Positions 30,006 to 39,062 of a stretch of 64,000 bases of DNA are shown piece by piece. Under the pieces are notes generated by a model. The model was not told the DNA's origin. It ran no database searches and worked only from the letters and a program-made list of their open reading frames with translations. Numbering within the stretch: position 1 is the stretch's first letter; every line of letters starts with the position of its first letter. Origin of the DNA: Dehalococcoidia bacterium (GTDB taxonomy: Bacteria; Chloroflexota; Dehalococcoidia; Lucifugimonadales; Lucifugimonadaceae); NCBI GenBank assembly GCA_029940375.1, contig JAPYUX010000001.1, positions 184,362 through 248,361 of the forward strand, in the 5' to 3' direction. Position numbers and translations under genes: made by a program.

Positions 30006-31025
30006 TTATTTTATGTCATAAATTTTTACAGCAGTATCATGAAACATGGCTGATCTTTCTGATTTAGAGAAATCTCTTGAATATTTTTTAAAAGCGTTAT
30101 ATAGGACGCTATATGAAAAAGACACTTTATCTACTGGGAAATTGCTTTCAAACATTCCTCGATCAGGTCCAAACTTTTCAATACAATAATCTAGATAAGG
30201 TTTCATTTGCCCTGATAATTCCTCTGAACCTAGTGGTTTCTCTCTTAGGTGCCAATCATGCCCCGTAATCGGCATTCCTAACCCTCCTAATTTTATTGAA
30301 ACATTTGGACATTCTGACAAATCTGAAATATTCTTTTTCCAAATTTCAATCACTTCTTCTTTTCTTTGTGAGTAGGGACCAACTTGAAGCAATCCTCCTA
30401 TATGATCAACAATTATAGGAAGGTCAGGAATTTGTTTTGCTAAATTTAATAGTTGGGGCAATTGATGAAAATACATCCAAGAATCAAATGTTAAACCCAT
30501 TTTGTTAAGAATTTTAGCTCCTTCAATAAAATTCTTTGTAGACATTTGTTCTTCAATGTCATAGACACGAGTAGTTGGAACTTCTTTATTTTTATCCCAC
30601 GCAACAATATGTCTTATTCCCTTAAATCTATTTGGACTCGCTGAAATCAATGCTTCAAGAACTGGTTCTACTTTTGATCCCAAGTTCAAATTAGCATGTC
30701 CAATTATAGAAGCAGCAGCCCTACTTTTCCCATATACTCCACTTGCACTAGCAGCAGATAGTCCTTGTACAAATTCTACTTCTCCAACCGGTTTGAAATC
30801 TTTAGGTGCATTATCGTTATACATTGCCCTTGCTTCTATAAAAACTGTAGATTGAACATTGTGAGTATTTATATCATTCATAAGTTCATGAAGTAGATAT
30901 CTTTGGTAGGGAAGACGTTCATTTCTATAATCCCAAAAATGATGATGAGGATCACAAATAGGAATTTCTGGTTCGATAGTTTCTTCTTTGGTTAATTCAA
31001 GCCAATCATTTCCTCCGTAAGGCAT
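30006..31025 (-). CDS. Amidohydrolase_2 (COG3618-type) protein, fuconolactonase/LigI-like lactonase candidate
   Basis: ICDPHHHFWD metal motif, …IVDHIGG…; start set at ATG 31025 (GGAG 8 nt upstream) instead of the ORF-track ATG 31121. Confidence 0.8.
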   Translation of the reverse strand: MPYGGNDWLELTKEETIEPEIPICDPHHHFWDYRNERLPYQRYLLHELMNDINTHNVQSTVFIEARAMYNDNAPKDFKPVGEVEFVQGLSAASASGVYGKSRAAASIIGHANLNLGSKVEPVLEALISASPNRFKGIRHIVAWDKNKEVPTTRVYDIEEQMSTKNFIEGAKILNKMGLTFDSWMYFHQLPQLLNLAKQIPDLPIIVDHIGGLLQVGPYSQRKEEVIEIWKKNISDLSECPNVSIKLGGLGMPITGHDWHLREKPLGSEELSGQMKPYLDYCIEKFGPDRGMFESNFPVDKVSFSYSVLYNAFKKYSRDFSKSERSAMFHDTAVKIYDIK

Positions 31026-31054
31026 ATATATCTCCACTTTTATATATTTAATGT

Positions 31055-31100
31055 TTTTTTTTATCATATAATGTTCTACAAATAAAATAATCATTAGAAG
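31055..31100 (+). promoter_or_regulatory. Copy A of a duplicated promoter/leader element containing a TATAAT box
   Basis: TTTTTTTTATCATATAATGTTCTACAAAT is 29/29 identical to 33003-33031; similarity continues to 31100; an ATG lies 12 nt downstream in both copies. Confidence 0.6.
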
Positions 31101-31152
31101 ATTTGTTTTTATATGAAACAAAACATAAACTTCTTTTTTTATAGGAAAATTA

Positions 31153-32682
31153 TTGGTAGAACAAAGAACAACAATTATAGATCCACTAAGTAATAAGCAG
31201 CTTTTTCTTGATGACTATGCGATTGAAAACCTTCATGGATTAGTTAAGGTTTTACATCAACCTAAGAAATGCGGAACAGTTATAGCCCCAGACAGATCAA
31301 AGGAACAAACTCTCGTACAGAGTTCTACTTCTCCAAATTGGAATCCGGATATTAATCGATGGGAATGGTGGTATGCTGGATTTTATGATGAAGCACCTGT
31401 TCAAGGGCCAATTGATCCAGTATGGGGGGACTATCACTATACTACTTCAATTGATGGAATAAACTGGGAATATCCAACACTTGGTCTTTATGAATGGAGA
31501 GGATCTTGGAAAAATAATCTCGCATATCACTCCAAACTTGACTTCATAAGAAGAAGAGGGGAAAAAAATTCACCAGATATTGAAGAAAGACGTTTTCATC
31601 ACATTATAAGAGATCAAAATGATCCAGATGAAAATCGTCGTTATAAAGCATTATTCAGTAATTCTGGCAACCAAAGAAGATACCCAGCTTTCTCTCCTGA
31701 TGGTTTCAAATGGTTATTTCCACATGTAGATGGGATCTCTAGTGAAGATACATCTCAAATGATTTTTGACAACATTCAAAATCAATTTGTTGCTACAGTA
31801 AAAAAAAGAACTGAATGGGGCCGATCTTTATGGCTCTCAACAAGTAAGAACTTTTTAGAATGGACAGATCCTCAATTAGTCCTTCATACTGATGAAATTG
31901 ACCAGATAAACCGAAAAGAAAGAATAAAGAAAGCAGTCGAAGATCCTGATTATCTTTCTCCTCCTACAATAGACTCAGAAGCAGACTATATTGCACAGCT
32001 TTATATGATGCCTTTGATGACTTACGAGGGGATATATGTAGGTTTTCCATTGTTATTCAACCCAGCCGGCCCTGACTTACCACAAATGAATCACTGTGGT
32101 CTAAATCAAACTGAATTAGCCATGTCTCGAGATCTATATGAATGGGAAAGAGTAGCTGATCGGTCAATATTTTTAGGAATTGATCCTTGGGATGGTAAAA
32201 ATTATGATACATGTCAAGTCGCTGTTACTGGAGCACCCATAGTAAGAAATAATGAAATATGGATTTATTACGAAGGAGCAAGATTTAGAGGTGTTAAAGA
32301 AAGTTATCCTGAAAAATTTCGTCCTTATTTCAAAGATATGGGAGCATTAGAATTGGCTAAACTCAGACTAGATGGCTTTGTTTCACTGACTGCAAAAAAT
32401 AAAGGTGAATTTTTAACTAAGCCATTTAATGTAACTAATGAAACACTAAAAATTAATGTAAATGCATCAAAAGGGCAATTGGATGTAGCGATTATAGATG
32501 CAAAAACCTTAGAGCCATTACCTAATCTTTCTTTCTCAAATTGTGATCCTATAAGATCTGACAATATAGATACTTTGGTTACTTGGAAAGGGTTATCACT
32601 TTTAAATTGTGAAAAACCCGTTAGAGCAAGCTTTAGAATGCAAGAGTCAGAGATATATTCTTTTTGGACAGAAAAGAAATAA
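31153..32682 (+). CDS. Asp-box (BNR-like) beta-propeller protein, glycoside-hydrolase-like, function unknown
   Basis: SxDGxxW Asp-boxes (TSIDGINW, FSPDGFKW), further …EW blades, C-terminal LRLDGFVSL beta-sandwich-like tail; TTG start with AGGAA 5 nt upstream; no signal peptide. Confidence 0.6.
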   Translation: MVEQRTTIIDPLSNKQLFLDDYAIENLHGLVKVLHQPKKCGTVIAPDRSKEQTLVQSSTSPNWNPDINRWEWWYAGFYDEAPVQGPIDPVWGDYHYTTSIDGINWEYPTLGLYEWRGSWKNNLAYHSKLDFIRRRGEKNSPDIEERRFHHIIRDQNDPDENRRYKALFSNSGNQRRYPAFSPDGFKWLFPHVDGISSEDTSQMIFDNIQNQFVATVKKRTEWGRSLWLSTSKNFLEWTDPQLVLHTDEIDQINRKERIKKAVEDPDYLSPPTIDSEADYIAQLYMMPLMTYEGIYVGFPLLFNPAGPDLPQMNHCGLNQTELAMSRDLYEWERVADRSIFLGIDPWDGKNYDTCQVAVTGAPIVRNNEIWIYYEGARFRGVKESYPEKFRPYFKDMGALELAKLRLDGFVSLTAKNKGEFLTKPFNVTNETLKINVNASKGQLDVAIIDAKTLEPLPNLSFSNCDPIRSDNIDTLVTWKGLSLLNCEKPVRASFRMQESEIYSFWTEKK

Positions 32683-33002
32683 TAACGACAAGATTTGTAA
32701 ATCTTTTCAAAAAAATTTGTTACCGTTTAGGCTATAATTATAGGTAGCTATTATTTCCTATTTTGCAGTTTCTTTATTGCTAGAGAAAATAATTAGGAGG
32801 TAATAGCACCATATAATTTACTTCATTATTTATAGAATATGCTAGAACTGAAACCTATGCATATAGTCCTACTCTTTGTTTTTCTTTTAGCAATATTTAT
32901 TCGGTACATAATATTCAATTAATTCGTTTGATTGAATATAGGAAATTCCATTTATAAATTCATGATTTTATTAATATCATCAATCAGACTTTCTATATTA
33001 TC

Positions 33003-33049
33003 TTTTTTTTATCATATAATGTTCTACAAATTAAAATAATAATTGGAAG
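33003..33049 (+). promoter_or_regulatory. Copy B of the duplicated promoter/leader element
   Basis: See copy A; ends 12 nt before the ATG of the aminotransferase gene. Confidence 0.6.
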
Positions 33050-33061
33050 TATTTTTCTCAT

Positions 33062-34420
33062 ATGATAGATAAATTAAACGTGTTACTTGAATCAGAAAAC
33101 CAGAAATATTTGGAAAATACAAAAAAATCTTTTGAAAAGCATAAGGCATCAGAAAATTTTATGCCTGGTGGGAACACCCGAACTACTCAATGGATGGAAC
33201 CTTATCCTTTTTATGTTGATAATGCTAATGGCTTACATATTAAAGACTTAGATGGTAATAAATATCTTGATTTTATGCTAAATGCAACCACTCTAATTTT
33301 AGGACATGCGCCACCTGAAATAGTTAGTACTCTTTTCAGGCAAATAAAATTAGGAACTGTATATAGTGCACCTACAGATGGACAAACAAAACTTGCTGAA
33401 ATTTTAGTCAATAGAATACCTTCTATACAAAAAATTAGATTCACTAACTCAGGAACTGAAGCAACTATGATGTCATTAATGGCAGCAAGATCTTATACAA
33501 AAAAAACTAAGATAGCCAAATTTGAAGGAGGTTATCATGGAACTCATGAGCACGTTTCAGTCAGCGTGTATCCTAAAGAGTCAGATTTGAATTCTGAAAC
33601 TAATCCCGGTGTACCCGAATACAGTTATCAGCCCAAAAGTATTTTAGATGATGTAATAGTTTTGCCATATAATGATATCGAAAAATGTAAGAAACTAATC
33701 TATGAATATAAAGATGAACTAGCTTGCATAATAATTGAACCCATAATTTCTAATTTTGGATATTTACCTTTAGATTTACAATTTTTGAGATTTATAAGAG
33801 AAATTACTCATGAACTAGGAATTGTATTAATTTTTGATGAAATCCAAAGTTTTCGAGTGTCAAAGGGCGGTGCCCAAGAAGAATTTAATATAATTCCGGA
33901 CATGACTACATTGGGAAAAATTATAGGAGGTGGACTTCCTATAGGTGCCTTTGGTGGAAAAGAAGAAATTATGGATTTATTTAATCCCAGTAGCCCAAAA
34001 TATGATATTGCACATGCAGGAACTTTTAATGGTAATCCTTTGACTATGGAAGCAGGAGCTTCAGTAATGAATGCACTTACTGATGAAAAATATTCACAAA
34101 TGAATCTTTTAGGGGGACAACTAAGAAAACAACTAAAATCAGTTTTTGATGAAATAGATTTGAAAGTTCAAATTACGGGATATGGTTCTCTATTCGGAAT
34201 AAATTTCAATAAAAATTCTATTAGAGACTATAGGTCTTTTATAAAAAATAATACTGAAATGACTAAAATTTTATTTTCTTATATGCGTAATAACGGTATT
34301 TTGTTGCAAGTAAAAAATGCTGGTGCACTAAATACTTTGATGGACCAAAATCAAATAGAAATATTGGTAGAAAATAGTAGAGAAATCGGACTACAAATAA
34401 AGGAAAATTCAGATGAATGA
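33062..34420 (+). CDS. Class-III aminotransferase (glutamate-1-semialdehyde aminomutase-like)
   Basis: …MPGGNTRTT…, …FDEIQSFR…, PLP-lysine block MTTLGKIIGGGLPIGAFGG. Confidence 0.85.
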   Translation: MIDKLNVLLESENQKYLENTKKSFEKHKASENFMPGGNTRTTQWMEPYPFYVDNANGLHIKDLDGNKYLDFMLNATTLILGHAPPEIVSTLFRQIKLGTVYSAPTDGQTKLAEILVNRIPSIQKIRFTNSGTEATMMSLMAARSYTKKTKIAKFEGGYHGTHEHVSVSVYPKESDLNSETNPGVPEYSYQPKSILDDVIVLPYNDIEKCKKLIYEYKDELACIIIEPIISNFGYLPLDLQFLRFIREITHELGIVLIFDEIQSFRVSKGGAQEEFNIIPDMTTLGKIIGGGLPIGAFGGKEEIMDLFNPSSPKYDIAHAGTFNGNPLTMEAGASVMNALTDEKYSQMNLLGGQLRKQLKSVFDEIDLKVQITGYGSLFGINFNKNSIRDYRSFIKNNTEMTKILFSYMRNNGILLQVKNAGALNTLMDQNQIEILVENSREIGLQIKENSDE

Positions 34421-35165
34421 AATAAATCTTAAAGGAAGAACAGCTATTGTCACTGGAGCTGCACAAGGTTTTGGGCTTGCTATTACTAAACGATATTTAA
34501 AATCTGGAGCAAAAGTTATCATGTGGGACATTGACGAAGAATATCTTCACAAATCCCATGGAGAGATCAATAATTCCAAAAACTGTTTTATTAACATTGT
34601 TGATGTGACAGATTCAAATCAAGTAAAAAATGCAATACAAGAGTCAATTGAAGATTTCAAAAATATTGATATTTTCGTTAATAATGCAGGAATTACTGGG
34701 CCAAATATTGAGACATGGGATTATGAAATAGATGATTGGAAAAAAGTCATTGACTTAGATTTAAATGGTGTGTTTTATTGTTGTAAATATATTGTTCCAC
34801 ATATGATTAAAAACAATTATGGAAGACTAGTAAATATATCGTCTATTGCGGGCAAAGAAGGTAATCCAAATGCAGTCGCTTACAGTTCTGCAAAAGCGGG
34901 AATCATTGCCTTAACAAAGTCATTAGGTAAAGAATTGGCAGATTATAATATCGCAGTTAATTGTGTGACTCCATCCGCTGGAAAAACAAGAATTTTTGAT
35001 CAAATGACTGAAGAACATATAAAATATATGCTTTCTAAAATACCAAGGAAAAGATTTATTAAACACGAAGAAGTAGCATCTCTAGTTTCCTGGTTGGCAA
35101 GCGAGGAGTGTTCATATTCTACCGGTGCCGTTTTTGATTTGAGTGGTGGGAGAGCCACATACTAA
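34413..35165 (+). CDS. Short-chain dehydrogenase/reductase
   Basis: TGAAQGFG, NNAG, S…YSSAK catalytic motif; 8-nt overlap with the aminotransferase gene. Confidence 0.85.
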   Translation: MNEINLKGRTAIVTGAAQGFGLAITKRYLKSGAKVIMWDIDEEYLHKSHGEINNSKNCFINIVDVTDSNQVKNAIQESIEDFKNIDIFVNNAGITGPNIETWDYEIDDWKKVIDLDLNGVFYCCKYIVPHMIKNNYGRLVNISSIAGKEGNPNAVAYSSAKAGIIALTKSLGKELADYNIAVNCVTPSAGKTRIFDQMTEEHIKYMLSKIPRKRFIKHEEVASLVSWLASEECSYSTGAVFDLSGGRATY

Positions 35166-35212
35166 TAGACATACGATTAGAAATTATTTTTCAAAGGAAT
35201 TATTATTTATAA

Positions 35213-35368
35213 ATGGAAATTTATGTTAATAATTTTAGCCATAAGAAATGTATAATATGTTTGAAATATCGCAAAATGAGAGATTATAAATATCCAAAAA
35301 GATCTAACTCGTTTTATCAAATGGATATTGAAAAAATTTGCTTCAATTGTTTTATGTATGGGAGATAA
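35213..35368 (+). CDS. Candidate small 4-Cys zinc-ribbon protein (51 aa), below the ORF-track size cut-off
   Basis: My translation: MEIYVNNFSHKKCIICLKYRKMRDYKYPKRSNSFYQMDIEKICFNCFMYGR; CxxC-x26-CxxC; stop TAA ends 1 nt before ogt ATG 35370. Confidence 0.4.
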   Translation: MEIYVNNFSHKKCIICLKYRKMRDYKYPKRSNSFYQMDIEKICFNCFMYGR

Positions 35369-35369
35369 A

Positions 35370-35864
35370 ATGGATTATAACTATTCGATTATAGAAACTC
35401 CTTTAGGAAACCTGTCTATATTAGCAGATAATGAAAGTCTAAAAATGTTGAAATTTTCTGATTCATTACAATCTTTTGAAAAAAAATTTCCAATGCCAAA
35501 AATTTTAAGAAAAAAAAATCTAGTTCTTCAAAATGCAGAAAAACAAATACAGGAATATTTCAGAAAAGAAAGAAAAATATTTGATATACCTTTAGATATT
35601 TCTTTGGGAACAACTTTCCAACAAACAGTTTGGAACTCTTTGATAGATATAGGATATGGTTCATTAGCATCCTATGCCGATATTGCAAGAAAAATTAATC
35701 ATCCAAATGCTTATAGGGCAGTAGGAAATGCCAATAATTCTAACCCGATTTCTATAATTATTCCTTGCCACAGAGTTGTTGGCTCTAACGGAAACTTATC
35801 TGGATATGGAGGGGGAATTGATAAGAAAAAATTCTTAATAGATTTGGAAGAGGAACATGATTGA
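35370..35864 (+). CDS. ogt: Methylated-DNA-protein-cysteine methyltransferase
   Basis: Active site IIIPCHRVVG (PCHR), …YGGG…KK..L; start set at ATG 35370 (GGGAGA upstream) rather than TTG 35328. Confidence 0.85.
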   Translation: MDYNYSIIETPLGNLSILADNESLKMLKFSDSLQSFEKKFPMPKILRKKNLVLQNAEKQIQEYFRKERKIFDIPLDISLGTTFQQTVWNSLIDIGYGSLASYADIARKINHPNAYRAVGNANNSNPISIIIPCHRVVGSNGNLSGYGGGIDKKKFLIDLEEEHD

Positions 35865-36603
35865 TAAAAAATTCAAATTACTACTTGTTTTTGCTCACCC
35901 AGATGATGAGACAAGTGCTTGTGGGGGAATAATAATTAAATATTCTACACTTGGGCATAGTATTGATGTATGTACTACTACTAATGGTGATAAGGGAGAT
36001 TTAGGAACAGGTGATTTAAAAATAGATAGGAGAGAACTTGGGAAATTTAGAGAAACGGAACAAAAGAAAGTATTAAAGTATTTGGGAGCCAATGTACCTT
36101 TTCAATTAGGTTATGGAGACCAAGAATTAGAAAAAATGTCCCCGGGTGTTTTATCTGAACAGATTTACAATGTTTACAAGAAAGTAACTCCAGATATCGT
36201 AATCACATTTGGACCTAAAGGTTTTTCGGATCATACTGATCATATTGAAACTCATAAAGCTGCTACATCTGCATTCAATCTTTATAAAAAAGAAAATAAG
36301 CATAGCAAACTTTTTTATTTAGCTGCAAACGAAGACTTTGTGAAAAGATTTAATATGATTTTAAGTGAGATTGAAAAGTCACCCACTCATAATGAAGACA
36401 TAACATTGGAATCGAAAGAAAAAATTTCAGCTTTGAAAATGTATAAAAGTCAAAAAGATGCTCAAGACTTATCTGAAATGTTTTTAACTTTATACAAAGA
36501 ATTTGGTGCCATAGAATCTTTTGTTCAAATTTATCCAGAAATAACTATTCCAAAAACCTCCTCTTTGTTGAACTCCCACCAGATAATCAATATGATGTTA
36601 TAG
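35857..36603 (+). CDS. PIG-L/LmbE-family deacetylase
   Basis: N-terminal LLVFAHPDDET motif and …DHTDH… metal ligands; 8-nt overlap with ogt. Confidence 0.8.
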   Translation: MIDKKFKLLLVFAHPDDETSACGGIIIKYSTLGHSIDVCTTTNGDKGDLGTGDLKIDRRELGKFRETEQKKVLKYLGANVPFQLGYGDQELEKMSPGVLSEQIYNVYKKVTPDIVITFGPKGFSDHTDHIETHKAATSAFNLYKKENKHSKLFYLAANEDFVKRFNMILSEIEKSPTHNEDITLESKEKISALKMYKSQKDAQDLSEMFLTLYKEFGAIESFVQIYPEITIPKTSSLLNSHQIINMML

Positions 36604-36612
36604 CAAAGAATG

Positions 36613-37644
36613 TTAGTCCCAATTGATAACAAACTTTCCAGGGGCACCTTTAGAAAATTCTTTATAAGCATTTGGTGTATCTTCTATATTTGAACGAGAG
36701 GTAATAATTGAATCTAGCGCAATTTTTCGTTCAGCAGTAAACCTGGCGGCTTCAGATAATCCAAAAGTAGAGAATGTCCATGAACCTAACATTGTCAAAT
36801 GTCTATGAATAATGTGCGGAGTAGGTTCGTATGTTACTTCTCCTCCTTCGCCAACAAGACATGTTTTCCCAAATACTCTTGTAGATTCGACTGCTGCAAT
36901 TCTTGTTACTGAAAGTCCTGCTGCTTCCAGTGTTGAGTCTGCTCCATTACCATTAGTAAGTTCCTTGATTTGTTCTGGAGCGTCTCCAGAACTTGCGTTG
37001 ACTGTTTTCCACGCACCAAGATTAGAAGCCATTTCTAGTCTTTCTGTTGAAATATCTACTGCAATTATTCTTGCTCCCATTTCGTTGCCAAATATTGTTG
37101 CAGCTAACCCAACTGGGCCTTGTCCAAACACAGCAACAGTTTCTCGACCTGATATCTCAAGTTTTTTAAGTGCTTGAAATGCAGTACTGGCTCCACATGC
37201 AAGATAAGCACCAATTTCAAATGAGAGATCATCAGGAAGTGGAACACAAGTTGATTGGTGGGCAACCATATAATCACCATGTCCACCATGCATTGAACGT
37301 CCATAATATTCTTTTTTATCAGTTACTTCACAAAGTTGTTGCCAGCCAGTAAGGCAATAGTCACACTCGCGACATCCTTCGTAATGATGTTGAATTATTC
37401 TGTCTCCTACTGATAAACCTTTAACATTTGGGCCAAGCTCTACTATTTCCCCACAAGGCTCGTGTCCTGGTCTTCTTAGTTCTCCATTATGTTCATTCGG
37501 TGATTTATCGCGATATGACATGAAATCAGATCCACACAGACCTGAAGATCTTAATTTGATCAAAACTTGTTCTGGCCCTGGCGCGATATCTGGGTAATCA
37601 ATTACTTCGGCAATACTATTTCCTTTGAAAGCTATACCTCGCAT
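36613..37644 (-). CDS. Zinc-dependent medium-chain alcohol/polyol dehydrogenase
   Basis: …CGSD…, GHEPCGEIVELG, structural-Zn Cys cluster CRECDYCLTGWQQLC, GxGxxG FGQGPVG. Confidence 0.85.
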   Translation of the reverse strand: MRGIAFKGNSIAEVIDYPDIAPGPEQVLIKLRSSGLCGSDFMSYRDKSPNEHNGELRRPGHEPCGEIVELGPNVKGLSVGDRIIQHHYEGCRECDYCLTGWQQLCEVTDKKEYYGRSMHGGHGDYMVAHQSTCVPLPDDLSFEIGAYLACGASTAFQALKKLEISGRETVAVFGQGPVGLAATIFGNEMGARIIAVDISTERLEMASNLGAWKTVNASSGDAPEQIKELTNGNGADSTLEAAGLSVTRIAAVESTRVFGKTCLVGEGGEVTYEPTPHIIHRHLTMLGSWTFSTFGLSEAARFTAERKIALDSIITSRSNIEDTPNAYKEFSKGAPGKFVINWD

Positions 37645-37736
37645 AGTATTAACTCCTTTGTTTATAAGATTATGAATTATTGAAAATTCTATAATTTATT
37701 CTTAGCTTATAACAGAGATAAGATGTCTTTATCTAG

Positions 37737-39038
37737 TTAAATTGAAGGATCAATTTTATATTTTTCTACTTTATTTTCGTCAATTTCTATACCCAGACCA
37801 GGCTTTTCGGGAAGCTCATATTGACCTTCAGATGCATCAAAATTATCTGAAAGTATCATGGCCTTAACGGCGTGTCCTTGTTCTGAATGTTCCATAATCA
37901 TGAAGTTAGGTGTACCCAATGAAAATTGAAGTGTTGCAGCTATTGATACAATTCCTCCTCCTCCAACGTGTGGAGCAACAGGGATGTTATATAACTCGGC
38001 TATTGTTGCGATTTGTTTTCCTCCGGTAAGTCCAGTTCTTGCTATATCAGGCATTGAAATATCATAAGCTCTTTTTTCAAATATTTCTCTCATTTCATAC
38101 TTTGTTCTTGTCCATTCTCCGTTAGCTATTGGCATATCTAAAGATCTAGATATTTCACATAGACCAGGGATGTCTATCGGATCAGATGGAGACTCTAACC
38201 ATAATAAGTTTAATTTTTCTAATTCTTTTCCAAGTTTAATAGCATTGAAAGTATCAAAACCCATGTGTACATCTGCCATTAATCCGATTGAATCTCCAAC
38301 TCGTTCTCTAACTTTTGCAGCTATTTCCACAGTCGTTTCTAGATCTTCTTTTAAATGCATTTTAAGAAATTTATATCCTTTACCTACTGACCATTCAGCT
38401 TGGTCTGCAACTTCTTCTGGATGAGTTCCTCCTATACCGTTATATAGAGGAACTTTTTTTCGGTGAATCCCACCCATACTTTGACACGTTGGCATATTTA
38501 ATGCTTTTCCTATAGCATCCCATATTGCTATATCAACTCCACAAATAGCATCTATATAAAATCCTGTGTAATGACCTCTTTCTCTTTTGGCTGAGTAATT
38601 CTTATGCCAAATAGCTTCAACATCGAAAATATTTTTACCAATAGTTAGAGGGGTAACTATATCTGTAATAATTGTGGCAGTTGTATTTGGACTTACTGGC
38701 GATTGAGCTTCTCCCCAGCCTATTATCCCTGAATCTGTTTCAATTTTTACTACAGTAGTTTCATGAAATTTGGAGTAAATAGAAGTATTAGAACCTTCAT
38801 CAACGTAATAAATCCCCATATCTTTTATTTCTGAGTCGTAAGTTCCTAAAGCTTTGGCATCTAAATGTCTTTTTTTATCTTTTTTCTGCTTTTTGGATTC
38901 CTGTTTCTCGTAATCTTTTACAGGGAGATCCTTATTAGCAAGCATTGCAGTATTTAGATTTTTGGTATTTATTTTTCTACCATCATCAGATTCATTTGGA
39001 ATTCTTATTGGAAATGCAGTTATATTAGTTATTTTCAT
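37737..39038 (-). CDS. Enolase-superfamily dehydratase (fuconate/rhamnonate-dehydratase-like) with ~70 aa N-terminal capping-domain insertion
   Basis: …SGIIGWGE…, …VDIAIWDAIGK…, …LWLESP…, …PDIARTGLTGGKQI…VAPH…; Lys-rich KQESKKQKKDKKRH segment absent from the 23480 paralog. Confidence 0.8.
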   Translation of the reverse strand: MKITNITAFPIRIPNESDDGRKINTKNLNTAMLANKDLPVKDYEKQESKKQKKDKKRHLDAKALGTYDSEIKDMGIYYVDEGSNTSIYSKFHETTVVKIETDSGIIGWGEAQSPVSPNTTATIITDIVTPLTIGKNIFDVEAIWHKNYSAKRERGHYTGFYIDAICGVDIAIWDAIGKALNMPTCQSMGGIHRKKVPLYNGIGGTHPEEVADQAEWSVGKGYKFLKMHLKEDLETTVEIAAKVRERVGDSIGLMADVHMGFDTFNAIKLGKELEKLNLLWLESPSDPIDIPGLCEISRSLDMPIANGEWTRTKYEMREIFEKRAYDISMPDIARTGLTGGKQIATIAELYNIPVAPHVGGGGIVSIAATLQFSLGTPNFMIMEHSEQGHAVKAMILSDNFDASEGQYELPEKPGLGIEIDENKVEKYKIDPSI

Positions 39039-39062
39039 TTTTATTTATTTAGGAAATTTATC

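Noticed and set aside
31026-31121. N-terminal extensions proposed by the ORF track. Cases: 30006-31121, and likewise 47889-47927, 35328-35369, 53538-53588 and 22558-22611.
   Set aside because: The extensions encode implausible hydrophobic or low-complexity leaders. In each case an internal ATG follows a GGAG/AGGA-type site and coincides with the conserved family N-terminus or with the upstream gene's stop.
32732-32743. Perfect 12-bp palindrome CTATAATTATAG as an operator
   Set aside because: All-A/T palindromes of this length are expected many times by chance in about 30% G+C DNA. There is no second copy and no partner regulator.
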